The notes beneath the pieces are model-generated. The model made no database searches. It had not been told where the DNA came from and saw only the letters and a program-made list of their open reading frames with translations. The position numbers and the translations under genes are program-made. A stretch of 64,000 nt of DNA from Phaeosaccion multiseriatum (Eukaryota; Protista; Ochrophyta, other classes): positions 7,068,001-7,132,000 of the forward strand of contig OZ218950.1 of NCBI GenBank assembly GCA_965112735.1, written 5' to 3'. This document shows, piece by piece, positions 35,705 through 48,156 of the stretch. Every line of letters starts with the position of its first letter. Within the stretch, counting starts at the first letter, position 1.

Positions 35705-38700
35705 TCACAAACACACCTGAGGCGCGTCCTCCGTCTCCGTCTCTGATATCGCACTTTCTGCTATCATCACCGCCGACTGCTGCTGCTGCTGTTGTTGTTG
35801 TTGTATCACCAACTGCTGCAGCAGCGCAACGCCCACCTCCGCTGCCGTCGGGCGCCCCTGAGGGTCAAGGCCGCAGCAGCTCTCCTGCAAGGCCCTGAGG
35901 GCCGCTGTATCGAAGCGCACCTTGTCAGGCAGTCGGGCCAGGGCAGGCCACCGCTCCTCCTGCACAGCCCGGAGGTACGCCTGCTCGTCCCCGGGGGGCA
36001 CGTGTCGAAGCATGTAACCGTCGCCGAGCAGTTCGCCCCCTGTCAGCAGGTCCCCAATGAGAATCCCGAAGGAGAACACGTCCGCCGCGCCCCCCCGGTA
36101 GCCGCCTTGCTCCTCCTCCTCTCCTTCCTGCTGCTGCTGATCCTCCTTCTCCTCCCATTTCTCCTTCTCCTCTTCCTCCTCCCCTTCCTGCTGCTGCTCC
36201 TCCTTCTTCTCCTCCCTCTCCTTCTCCTCTTCCCCCTCGTCCTCCCTGTCCTCCTTCTGCGTCAGTTCTTGCCCCTCTGCTGGAGGAGCCGGGCTGGCGG
36301 GGACGAGTTGTGCTGTGGAGCAGGAGAAGGGCGCCTGCCCCGGCGAAAACAGCGCCTCAGGGGCAGTCCACCCCACGGTGCCCACTGCCGCCTCTCCTCG
36401 GACAAAACCGTCGGGCGAGAGCCGCACAGAGGACCCCAAGTCCGCCAAGACGGCGTCGACATCGACATCCTCGATGCTCCTCACATCCTCCTCGCCCCCT
36501 GTGGGCAAGAAGGCCTGCGCCGGGCAGCCTTCTCCTCCTCGCCGCCGTCGTCGACGAAGCAAAACATTGTGACTCTTCACATCTCTGTGCGCGTACCCCA
36601 TCTCATGGACACGGGCCAGACTCCACGCCACCTGCCTCAGCATACGTAGCACGGCCCCGTGCCCCAGCCCCTCCGTCCACCCCGGGGTCCGAGCCGCGGC
36701 GTACAGGGAGCCCTCCTTGCAGAGCTCAAGCACAAGGGCAGGCTTGGGGCTGAGCACGATGCCGAGCAGCTGCACCACGCAGGAGGAGGAGGAGGAGGAG
36801 GAGGAGGAGGAGGAGGAGGAAGAGGAAGAATCGCCACCACCACCACCACCACCACTAGCTCCACCTCCACCACTACAACAACCACTACTATTACTACTAC
36901 CACCACCACCACCGCTCTCCCAACTTCCCTCTCCCTGCCCCCTACCCCCGCCTCGCTGCAGCTGGAGGAGGGTAGAGGCCTCTGCCAGCATGGCCGTGAG
37001 CACTGCAAGGGGGGGCTCGCTCCGGAGGTAGTGGAACTCTTTCACCGCCACGGCCGCCGTCAGAGTCTCGACCCCGGCGCGCTGCTCGTCGCTCGATCTT
37101 GGCTCCTCCGCCTCCCCTTGTTGTTGCTGATTCTGCTCGTGTTCCTCTTCATCCCCTTCCCCTTCTATCCTCTGCTGCTCCTCCCCTTTCTCCTCCTCGT
37201 CCTTCTTCCCCTCCTCCTCCTCCTTCCCCCCCTCCTTCTCCTCCTCCTCCTCCTCATCCCCCGGCCCTTCCTGCGGGCGGACCACCAACTGCTGGTCTCG
37301 CCGCGTTGCCATGAACACTCTCGAGGAGCGCCCCTCCCCGAGGGCAGCGCTGCCGGAGCGTAGCACGTCATACCCGTCCAAGCTGGTGACAGGCAAGGCT
37401 CTGTCTCTAGCCAGAGTCTCCAAGCGCTGCCAGAGAACCACCCTCAGGGCCGCCCCTCCATCTCCATCCGCATCCTCCTCCTCCTTCCTCCCCTTCCCCT
37501 TCCCCTCCTCCTCCTCCTCCTGCTGCTGCTGCTGATGCTGCTGCTGCGATAGCTCTGCTGCCTGCTCTTCTTGCTCGAGCTTGAACTTCGTGGACTTGGA
37601 CAGAAGACAGGCTCTCTCCCGGATGGCAGACGCAAAGTCCGCGCTCATCATCATCGTTATTGGCCTCGGCGGTCCGGTGGGGGACGCAGCAGGACCGGCG
37701 GCGAAGAGAGCGCGTTTGTCGTCCTCGTGCTCGTGGACTTGAGCAACAACCGCGGCATCCCTCGTGTTCGTTGATGCTGCCCCTCTTCCTCTTCCACCCT
37801 CGTCGGTGGTCGTCGAGCCTGTCGTCGCTGCCTTTAAGACTTGACTCACCACGTTGAGGCAGAGGCTGCGAATGACAATGGCCCGCTCTGGGGGTTCGCC
37901 GCCACAGGACTCGTCCACAGGCGTCGGATCGGAGGCTGTGCGGGTAGGGTAGGTGGGAGGAGGCCCAGGCGCCTCGTCGTCGTCGTCGTCGTCGTCGTCT
38001 TCTGCGTCATCATACGACCGCTGCTTCTCCTCCTCCTCCTCCTTCGCTTCTTTCGCCTCCTTCAGCTCCTTCTCATCTTCTCCGTCTCTCTCCCCCTCGC
38101 CCTCTCCCTCTCCCTCTCCCTCTCCCTCTCCCTCTCCCTCTCCCTCTCCCTCTCCCTCTCCCTCTCCCTCTCCCTCTCCCTCTCCCTCTCCCTCTCCCTC
38201 CCCCCCCCCCTCTGTGATGTGCTCCTGCGCTTGCCGCTCTCGCTCCTCCTGCGCTTCTCTCTCCCTCCTTGTCGGGCGGACGGTCCTCTCCAGAGGAGTG
38301 CAGAGCTTGTTCATCCATTCCTGCTGCTCGTGCGAGCTCAACCTTGTGGGGGGCTCCTTGGGCGATGCCTTTACCTCCCGGGCCGTGAAGATGGACCAAT
38401 CCGTGCTACACTTTGTGCGCCACTGAGCGTCGAGTGACGGTAGCTCCTGTTCACCTGCCTGAGCCACCCACTCACTGCACCCTCGCACCACCTCCCTGCC
38501 ATCACTGCAGCTGCTGACGCGTGAACTCCTCCTCCTTCTCTTTCCCTTCACCTGTCCCACCACGACTCTCGCTGCTGCTACCTCTCCAACGCGCCCCGTC
38601 TTGTCAATATCCTCCTCACAGGAGGTGCCCACGGCGGTGTCTTCCTCCTCTCCCTCTGGAGGGGGTGCATGGGCCGAAGAATCGCCCTCTGGACTCGGGC

Positions 38701-39511
38701 TACTCCGGCCTTTTAGGTGAGACTTGAGCCAGGCCTCGTCTTCTCCTTGCGTCTTGGCCAGCCTCTGCGGCACTTGGGAGTACCCGTGGCCGGCGTCGTG
38801 GGAGGGACTGATGTTGGAGAAGGGAGGGATGTTGTCAAGGCCGCGCTTCTTTGCCTCGTCGTTGGTCTCCAGCAGCTCTCGGTACTGGCGGTAGCTGATG
38901 AGGTCCTCCACCCCAGGAGGTCTCTGTGCGTGTGGAAGGAGGAGGAACCAAGTGGCGGTAAGGTAGTACAGGCAAGGGTCAAGATGTGCCCCCGGCTACC
39001 GCTCGGAGAGAGAAAATTAAATACAACCAGCCAGGAAGGGGTAGCGTCCGGCCGGAAGCCAAGATAGAAACGAGCGAGTGCGACCACTCACCACCGGTCT
39101 GCTCAGGACGCTGCTCGTCGTCCTGCCCTGCTCCTTCAGCGCCTTTTCCCTCGCTACGAGCTGCACGGGAGTCATCCTCGCGGATCCCCGCCGTCTCTTG
39201 TAAGCGCTCGTCCGTGGCCGTCTCGTCGCCTGCAGCTCCAGCGAGTGCTGCTTCTGTCGCTCCTGCAGCAGACGCTCCTGTTGCTCTCTGCACTGCTGCC
39301 TCAGCTTGAGCGCGTACGGACATGGGCCAGGGCCTGGCCGCCTCTTCTTCCACTCGCGCACCATCCGACGAAGCTCTCGATCCTGCTGCTCCTGCCGCTG
39401 CTGGTCCTGCGGCCCCTCTCCTCTTGCCAACGCTGCTGCTGCACCTCCTCCGCCAAGCCTCTTGAGAATTTCACTCGTCTCGTCCCCAAGCGAGGGCCCC
39501 ACAGCAGCCAT
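35705..39511 (-). CDS. TKL-like Ser/Thr protein kinase with long disordered N-terminus and insertions
   Basis: Exons ~39511-39092 and 38923-35705. Motifs LGEGRSSRV, VAVKEF, HRDVKSHNVLL, LADLG, GTVGWTAPE and ADVFSFG. Confidence 0.85.
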
Positions 39512-40106
39512 CGTGCGCGGAGAGGAGGGGGACACTTTATTGAAGGGAATTGAAGGGAGCGCCAAAGTTGAAAGAAAAAGAAAAAACGCCAATCACAAAT
39601 ACACAGATGGTGCACGGATCGCCAACTTTACGGCGACTCTTTTGTGACTTTTGACCTCCTTCAACCACGGGCTATGTTTCTTGCGGAGCTTTGATGAAAG
39701 GCTACCTGTGCATGCGGAGCTTTGATGAAAGGCCGCTCTATCTGTGCATTTGATGAAAGGGCGCTCTGTGCATAAATCCACCCTCCTGGAACCGAAACAG
39801 AGTGCGGTGAGTCAGTTAGAGCGAGTGGGCGAGGGGGAGTGAGCGAGGGGGTGAGGGAGATGGGTGAGTGAGTGGGTGAGTGAGTGCGGAAGTGCGTGAG
39901 TGAGTGAGTGAGTGAGTGAGTGAGGGAGCGAGGGAGTGATGAGGAGTGAGAGAGGGAATAGTGAATGAGTGCGGAAGTGAGTGAGTGCGGCCGGGGGTGG
40001 GTGAGTCAGTGAGAAGGTAGTGGGCGAGTGAGCCTTCCTTCCCTCCTTTCCTCATTCCTTCCTTCCCTCCCTTGAGGAAGTGATAAGAGAGCTTTCCTCC
40101 TACCCC

Positions 40107-40280
40107 AGTGAGTGAGTGAGAGTGAGTGAGTGAGTGAGTGAGTGAGTGAGTGAGTGAGTGAGTGAGTGAGTGAGTGAGTGAGTGAGTGAGTGAGTGAGTG
40201 AGTGAGTGAGTGAGTGAGTGAGTGAGTGAGTGAGTGAGTGAGTGAGTGAGTGAGTGAGTGAGTGAGTGAGTGAGTGAGTG
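40107..40280. repeat. (GAGT)n microsatellite
   Basis: Long near-perfect tetranucleotide run, with degenerate copies at 39840-40030 and 40430-40545. Confidence 0.95.
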
Positions 40281-40591
40281 TGTTAGAAGTCGTACTTTTT
40301 GCTAGACTGATTGAGTCACATTAAGGAGCATGCCATCATGAAAACCAATCGATGTTCACACAAAGGCGTCCCTCCAAGTGTGGACGACAAGCAAGGATTC
40401 CAGCACGTACACCACCTGTGAGACTTGGTCATGAGTGGCTGAGTGAGTGAGTCAGTAAGTCAGTGAGCCTTGGCTGCTGCCTTGCTTCCCCTTGCTTGCC
40501 TCCTTCCTTCCTTCCTTCCTTCCTGAGCGAGTGAGTTAGTGAGAGTCACGAAGTAGTTCGCTACGTTGACAGAAAAAGCACATTGTTTTTA

Positions 40592-41039
40592 TCAGCCCCA
40601 GCCATGCACGCCTAGTTGTGTGCTCTAGGCCGCTAGGCCGCTCACTTTTCAGTCCTAGGCGGCCTCTAGCCCGCCTCTAGGCTGCCTCCCAGTGACCGTG
40701 GGCGCGTGCGTGGTGCCGCCCAGCCAGTAGGTAGTTGGTAGCATCACGCCTGTAGGCCTGCACTCCTCGTAGGGCCAGCGAGGCGGAAAGAGACAACACG
40801 AACCAAGTCTACTCCTCACTTCCAATCCCATGCAATACATTTCCTTTCTTAAAACTTTAAAACACTACTCTTTGCACTCGTCTGGGCACTCCTCCCACCG
40901 TCCGCCTAGTTGGCGTCTGCCCTAGGCCGCGGGCCTCCGGCCCGCCTAGGCCGCCTAGCTGGGCGGCGGCATATAAATAGGCCGAGGGCCGGGCAATTTT
41001 CCCAAATAGGCCTAGGCCGCTAACCGTGCGTGGAGCTCG
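40592..41039. mobile_element. Degenerate, inverted second copy of MITE family A
   Basis: Reverse complement of the 15088-15603 internal blocks (e.g. gcctgtaggcctgcactcctcgtagggccagcgaggcggaaagagacaacacgaaccaagtct; cgcctagttggcgtctgccctaggccgcg). TIRs are eroded. Confidence 0.85.
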
Positions 41040-41715
41040 TTTTTTTTATCCCAACAACGTCATCTACAGACTTCGAGAAGCACATTGCCGTCCCCCCCCC
41101 CCCGGCCCCCCCCCTCCAAGCCTAAAAAAGGGCCGTTCTTAACGTAAGGACCCTGATTCCAACTCAACAAAACAAACACGACACTAACCATACGCACGTC
41201 GTACTAGCTAGAAGGCGTCTAGAAAAGAGATTATTTATTATTTGAGCAGGAGCATCCAAAAAACGTCTGGTATCCGAAACGGCTGCCCCCCGGGGTGTCC
41301 CTGGTAATCCGCAAAAAAAAAAATTCTCATGCCCAAGTCAACCGCGTTGAGGCGATAGTGCGGACACATACCTCCACCTCTCCTCCGCGCCTTGAGGAGA
41401 GCTGCGGAATCTGTTGGAGCCTCGCACCATGAGGCAGTGGCTAACGAAGCGGGCGTCAGACTCTGTGGGGGAAGACGCAGGTAGCCCGAGCAGCACGTCA
41501 AGGAGCCCTTAACTTCTGCCGCACCGGCTCCTGGAGGTCATTTATTACTGGCCAGGACCAGCGAGGGACTTGAGAGCGTCTTTGGGGGCGCTCGCGGCAG
41601 GAGTGAGGGCGGACGGCTCTGGCATCAGCAGGAGTGAGGGCGGGGGTGGGGGCGGTGAGCCTGGGGGCTTGAGTGAGCAGGTCGGCCAAGGGGTGACGGG
41701 GTGTTTGAAAGTGAA

Positions 41716-44700
41716 ATGGAGGAGCGCAGCGGGTCCCCCCCACGTCGGTACGCCCACCATGACGGGCGCCACAGCATGGACGAGGCGGTTGCGCGACGGC
41801 TCGTCAAGTCGCAGGGGGATACTAGGGTGATGGGCAGCAAGGGGGGCGGTAATGTGGATGGCAGCATGGGCGGTCGGAGAAGACGACCGTCTTTGCACAG
41901 TTCCCTGCGGCTGACCGACCTGTCGTATGAGTCCAAGCCGTCCATGCCCATCTCCACACGGCATGTGGTGCCGGACTTGATGAGTCACCTGGTGAAGCTG
42001 CGCCACCTTGGGAATGGGTGAGTCCAGACGGGGGAACGCCGCGTAGCTCCGCTCCGCTCCGCCAAATCGCACATTTGCTTAATTTCTGCGCAGACTCCTC
42101 ACCCTCTTTCCTCTCTGTCTTGATGAAATCTCCGTCCTTTCTCTGTGTGTTTATGCGACGCAACAGGTCCACTGGTAGCGTGTCTCTGGCAGTCCATGTG
42201 GAAAAGTTTCAACTGGTTGCCGTGAAGGAGGTCAAGTCCAATAGCAGAGACGGCTTGTCGGCCGAGTGGCTCCGCAGTGAGCTCCGCGCACTGAGCCTGC
42301 AGCGCTCCTCTCTGAGGGCAGAGACGGACGAATACTCGTGGATTGGGAGCGGGAGCGAGGCCTCTGGCGCTCCAGTGTGCCCACACATAGTAAAGTTTTA
42401 CGGGTCGGCGGAGGCAGAGGGGTCAGTGTCCATGGCAGTAGAGTACATGAACGGGGGGAGCTTGGCGGGGCTGACCAAGCTCAAGTGCCCCGAGGGCTGG
42501 CTGGCTCACATTGGGTACCAGATTATGCAGGGCCTCGCCTTCCTGCACTCTCAGGGGAGAGTCCACTTAGACGTCAAACCGGCAAACATTCTGCTCAACA
42601 AGCACGGAGACGCCAAGCTGACCGACTTTGGCTGTGCAGCCAGCGTAGTGGAGGGCGTGGACAGTGCTGGAAGTGGTGGTAGTGGTGATGGTGGTGGTGG
42701 TGGGGGGGGGGGGGGCGGGACTGGGGCCGGGGGGGGGGAAGGGGGAGAGGGGATGGAGGACGACGAGGCACAGTACACGACTGGGTTAATGCAGGGCACG
42801 CGGCGCTACATGGCTCCGGAGCGGCTGTCCAGAGGGAGGGAGACGGGTGCAGCGGATGTGTGGTCCCTGGGGCTGACCCTGGTCACAGCCGCGCTGGCCC
42901 AGTGCCCGCTGGAGGCCTCGCCGAGCGAGTTTGGGCAAACTTGCGAGGCGGAAATGGCCGTGGAGAAAATTTGCCAACAGAGGAACCAGCTCAGCCCCCT
43001 GTTTATGGACTTTCTCTGCCGCTGTCTCGTGAGCGACGCGGACCTGCGCCCCCCTGCGGTGGAGCTGCTGGGCCACCCCTTCTTCAAGCTCCGCCGGCAC
43101 TGGAAGAAGACCTGCCCCATCATCCTGCCCACACTAAAGACGAGCGGCTCCGGCGTAAACTCCAACGCCCTTGTGGGCGGCAGTGCGAGCTCTCCTTACG
43201 ACCCTGTCTGCTTGCATTCTGTGGTGATGGACATGGTGGAGGCACGGCTGCTGCTGGGCATTGACTCGGACGCGGACTTCTCGCAGGAGGTGGTTTCCGA
43301 GCTGGCGGAGGAGCTTGGCGTCCACGCCGGGGAACTGGCCTACGAGCTGGACGAAATGAACCAGTTCTTCCGCACCCCCCAGCGCCCGCACGACCAAATG
43401 GAGGAGAGGAGCAGGGATTCTTCGCACCACTCCTCCGAGGACATGGCACCCGGAGGAGGAGGGGCGGGACCACACGACGAAGCGGAGGCAGTGCACCACG
43501 AGGCCGTGTCTTTCGGCGCCGGTGCAACGGGCTGCCACAGCCCGGGCTCTTCGATTGTGTCTACCCTGCAGCCCTGCTGGGACGCGTCTGGCTCCTTGGA
43601 GGGGCAAACCACCAACTCGGCCACTCTCCACGGGCAGGGGGGCGGCGCCTCGCAGCAGCGGCAGCAGCATCGGCACTATCCCCACCACCGAGAGCTCTTT
43701 CAGCTGTCACACGACAGCCCAGAAGCCCCGTTCAGTCAGCCGGACTCCTCGTCGGCAGCGGAGAGCTACCACAGCTACAACAGCTACCACCATCGCCGGG
43801 TGCCGTCCGCTTCTAGCCTGAACAGCACCGGCCACGCCCACAGCAGGTACACGCCCTCCCCGATGGACGTTGCCCTTCGTCTGCAGCGCGGCCTGCCCGT
43901 TCGCAAGCGCATCGACGGCTTTCGGTGGTACTCGGGCTGCTTCAGTGGCAGCGAGGCGGTGCAGTGGATGATCAAGAACGGCCTCGCAAAGAACGCTCGC
44001 ATGGCCAAAGCCCTCGGTGGGCATCTCGTCGATGAAGGGCTTGTGCACCACGTGCGCTCCGCCCACCTGTTCGAGGACGACGCGGACGTGCTCTATCAGT
44101 TCAGTGACTACTTTATGACCAAGGCCAAGGCGGTGGCGCAGGCGCAGGCGCAGGCGGAGGCGCAAGCAGAAGCGGAGGCGGTAGCGAGTGCTGCCCAGGC
44201 CAGCAGCCGCTCCGGAGACGGCAGTGTGTACGGAAGTGGGCATGGTGGGAGTGCCCCCCAACGGCATTACAGCATGGGGCTGGGCTTCAGTAACCACTAT
44301 CCCGGTGGCAGCCTTTGCAGAGAAAGCAGCAGAAGCAGCATGGGCAGCGTGGGCAGCGGGGGCAGCGGGTCGTGCCTCTATGACGGCACCAACCTGGGCA
44401 ACACCAGCAACAAGAGGCAGAGGCGCAGTCGGAGCTCGGAGCTCTCGTCAACCGCCGGGGACGGGCAGTTTGGACAATACGGAGGACAAATTGGAGAATC
44501 CAGCCACAGCGGCCACAGCTGCCACAGCTGTCACTGCCCCACTCGCGATCGGAACTACTGCGCCACCACGGCGGACTCCCTTGCCTGCCCCATGGGTTGC
44601 GGCGGCGGCGGCAGCAGCAGCGGCGGGGGGGGATGCAGCAGCAGCAGCGTGTGTAGTAGCAGCAGCAACACAAGCGCGGGCGGTAAGTCCCTCCTGCGCA

Positions 44701-45368
44701 AGCTCAAGGGCTCTCTGCGCCTGCGACGGCGCGGGCGTGAGCAGATGCGGAAGCACCAGCACCAGCACCAGCAAGGGCGGGGGCCAAATCCTTCGGACGG
44801 ATTTCCGCCTCCTTTTTCTTCACAACGAGTAGGGGTGGGCTCTGTCGCTGCTGCTTCTCCAGCTAGCGCTGCTGGTGGAGCGGCGGGTGGGGAAGGGGTG
44901 AGAGGGGGGGATGCGTACATGGCGGGTGCATCGGTCGTGGCGATGAGGAGATCAAGCCGCTCGGACTCTTCGCTCCTCGAAGGAAGAAGAGGAGTCTCTC
45001 GCTCCCGACCCGCGGCGCTGGCCCCGAGTCGGTGCAGCAGGATACCTTTGGCCAAGAAGTGGATCGGTCGGGGCGGGAGCAAGAACAGCAGTGGCTGTAG
45101 CCGTGGCAGCAAGACCAACCACCACTTGAACAACTTGGATCGCAAGCCCCACGGCTTGACCCCCTCCACCGCCGCTCACAGCGAGGAGAGCTCGAGTCCG
45201 TTTCAGGCCGTGCCAACTGGGTCGGCTGCCCTTGCACGGGTGATGGTGGGGGTGGCGGCGGCCAAGACAGAGGGGCAGGAGGGAGTACCAAGAGCCGTTG
45301 AGGCGGAGGGTGGTGTGATCGCGCGCGAAGAGGGGGTGAGGAAGGGCGTAATTCCGGAAGGGTGGTAG
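41716..45368 (+). CDS. MAP2K/STE7-like kinase with C-terminal DEP domain
   Basis: Exons ~41716-42017 and 42167-45368; the spliced G-loop reads LGNGSTGSV. Motifs [31 protein letters not shown] and DVWSLG. DEP: [14 protein letters not shown]...[29 protein letters not shown]. Confidence 0.88.
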
Positions 45369-45509
45369 TCTGCGAGTGGAAGGGGTGCTGTTGGGCGGTG
45401 TTGTCAAAGGGGCACACAGCAACAACATGACCTTGTGTGTGTCCTCATGTTTGTGCACGTTAATAGTTTTTGTTTGTTTTTTTGTTAGATGTATCTTGTC
45501 TGTCTATAC

Positions 45510-45548
<39 letters not shown>

Positions 45549-45912
45549 TGTCTGTGTGTGTGGGGGGGGCGGGGGGGAGCCGCAGGGGCTGAGTGGGCGA
45601 CGTGTCAGCGAGAGATTGCGACATGGGCCACCAACAAGAGGCGGATGTAGTAGGGGAGAGCAGCTTCAGGGCTCCTCTTTCTTACGGCCTTCAAACCTGC
45701 CCGTTGGTTGTCCACGAGGGAGTCCATGTCGTGTTTGTGTGCAGTTTTGTGTGTGTATATAGTTGAAAATGCAGAATGAATAAAGGCTACTTGAAAGCTG
45801 ATGGTGTAATTACTCTCTTCATCGCGTAGCTAACTGCTCAAAAGCCGTCCGTCGGTATCTTGCTTCGGCTTGAACCTCGTACTCCCTCTTCTCCTGTGTG
45901 AGGTTAGCACCC

Positions 45913-45957
<45 letters not shown>

Positions 45958-46594
45958 TCCTCCTCCCTCTCCACTCGTTCGCACGCTGCATACATTGCTT
46001 TGCCTCCGCCTGCTCGGACGGCTCATCCTGGCAGCACTTGGGCCCAGCCATAAGCACACTATCAGAGGGGGTCAGAGTCAGGGTCAGAGACTGGGTCAGG
46101 ACCTGCGCTGCCCAGCAAGAAGTAGGTCTCTGCGCTTGCGTCTGCTCCGACATCCTCTGCGTTGGGCGAAGTCAAGTCCAGCATGCATACCTTGAGCCGA
46201 CTTGAGTTCGCCCCGGTGTTCAACAGCACAGCCCACTCTACAGGCCAGCGCAGGCAGCTTCCCCTCCTCCGAAGCGAAGTGCCGCTCTGCTCCCCTCCTC
46301 CAGCAACGGAGATGCTCAAGAGAGAACAAGAGAGAGAGGGAGGCTCCCATCATATCTCGCTTTTACTTGCCTCAGTAAGCCCCCTCCAATTCCCTCCCAT
46401 TGTCCACCTGTTCCTCAACAAGCGCACACGCGCCTTTCTTCCCCTGCGTGCGAGGGGGGGTGCGCGTGCCGTAAAGGCGGTGCTTCAGGATGCGTCTCAG
46501 GGGAAGGCACCTCTCCCCACTCCTCCACTGTGCCGCGGCAACAGAAGGGTGGGTAGGAGGTAGAGGGGGGCTTAGGGTCCCACGCTCCTCCCTC

Positions 46595-46973
46595 CTACAA
46601 GATGGGAGCGTTGGCGGTCTTCTTGTCCATTCGGTCCTTGTAGGCCACTCCGCTCTCCCCATTGGGCCCGTTCCTCTTCTCCTGGTCGGTGTGGTACTCT
46701 TCGGGCATGTTGAGCCCCACTCGGGCCGCACTCTTGGTCATGCGCTCGCTCTGAACCATCTTCTCTCCGTTGTAGAGGTCCACGAGGACTTGCCTTTCGT
46801 CCACACCAGTCACGAGACGAGACACGTCCATTGCGGTCTGGCGCAAGGCTGCCACCTTCCCTGCATCTGTCACCTCTTTCCCTTCGCGAAACTGTGTCAT
46901 TAAGAGGTGGGTTGGAGGGGGGCATGAGAGTGGAGGACGGGGGTGAGAGGGGGTTGGAAGGGAGCCAAATTAA

Positions 46974-47016
<43 letters not shown>

Positions 47017-47362
47017 TTAGTAGTAGTAGTGGCATAGGTCTCACGCGTATAAGAGAAAACAGGCAGACGAGGTTATCAATGCTCTGTTGCGATGGGATGA
47101 AAGTAGAGAGGAAGAGTTAGAAGGAGAAGGTGGTGGGTGGTGATGGTGGCGCAGAGCTTCGCGGAGGAGTGTTTGAAAGGATTGTTGCTCGTAGTGGTGA
47201 CGGTGCGCTTCGCGGCGATCCACAACTCACCCTCTGAGTGACCACTTGTGCAAAGTCGTTGTGCGAGGCGCTGGGGAGCAGCCTCAAGTGCCTCAGAATG
47301 GTCCTGTAGCTGCACACACAGGCCTGTCGCGCCGCTGCTGCCGTGGCCGCCGCGGCTGGCAT
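46595..47362 (-). CDS. LYR-family / FMC1-like small mitochondrial assembly factor
   Basis: Exons 47362-47231 and 46891-46595. SYRTILRHLRLLP, then QR-FREG, and C-terminal SAARVGLNMP. Confidence 0.65.
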
Positions 47363-48156
47363 GGTCCAGAAAGGAGAGGTGGATGAAATAGTGGAGGAGG
47401 AGGACAAGAGGAGGAGAGAGGGGAATTTAAGTTTCAGTTGCTAGGGGGGCGTGGGCGCGTTACTTAACTCCATGAGAGCCATTGACTGCATGATCCGGGC
47501 ATGAGCTCCAACGCGGGCCGATGTGGAGTGTGAGGTGGAGAGTACCCGCCACGTCCAAGTTGGTGCACCCGACAGCGAAGCTGGAGCTCAGTCAGTTCGA
47601 AGTCAATATTTTGTTATGTACGTCTCTTCTGTGCTCCTTTGATCCTTTACAACTTCTTTTCCCCTCCCTTTGTACTCTTGTGTATCTCCTTTTCAGTATC
47701 AGTTTCAGCCACCTTTTCCCCATTGCTTGACAGAGATCAGAAGCGGAGCACAATCGCTCAACTATACCCCATCTCTCCTCCCTCCCCCTGTACAATCCTG
47801 GCTCGGCAGCTTCTCTCTCTCTCTCCCCCTCCCTCCCTGCCGTACCCCCTAGTCTCCCCTGTCTTGTCGCCTCACTTCGCAGCCAGCACCGTCGGCAAAC
47901 AAGGGCGCAGACCCGAGCTGACACCACTGAGGCAGCTCCGTTGCGCAGCCCTCCCTCCACCACCTCTTCCCTCTCCTCTCTCAAAGTGCGACCCAAGCCT
48001 CCGTTCCAACGATCTGTTAATGAAATAATCTCATCCTCTCCTCACAGCCCAGAGCCCATGAACGATGGAAATCCTCTCCCCACCGAACCATTGGCCACCC
48101 AACACAGCTGCGTTGCCGCCTTTGCTACTTCAGAGTGCCCTCCCTCCCTGTCGCTT

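Noticed and set aside
40281-40570. Solo LTR (TGTT...GACA)
   Set aside because: No TSD, PBS or PPT, and the interior is largely microsatellite.
47420-47600. Possible structured ncRNA (tgagctcca / tggagctca inverted repeat)
   Set aside because: Only a 9-bp stem and no recognisable family motifs.
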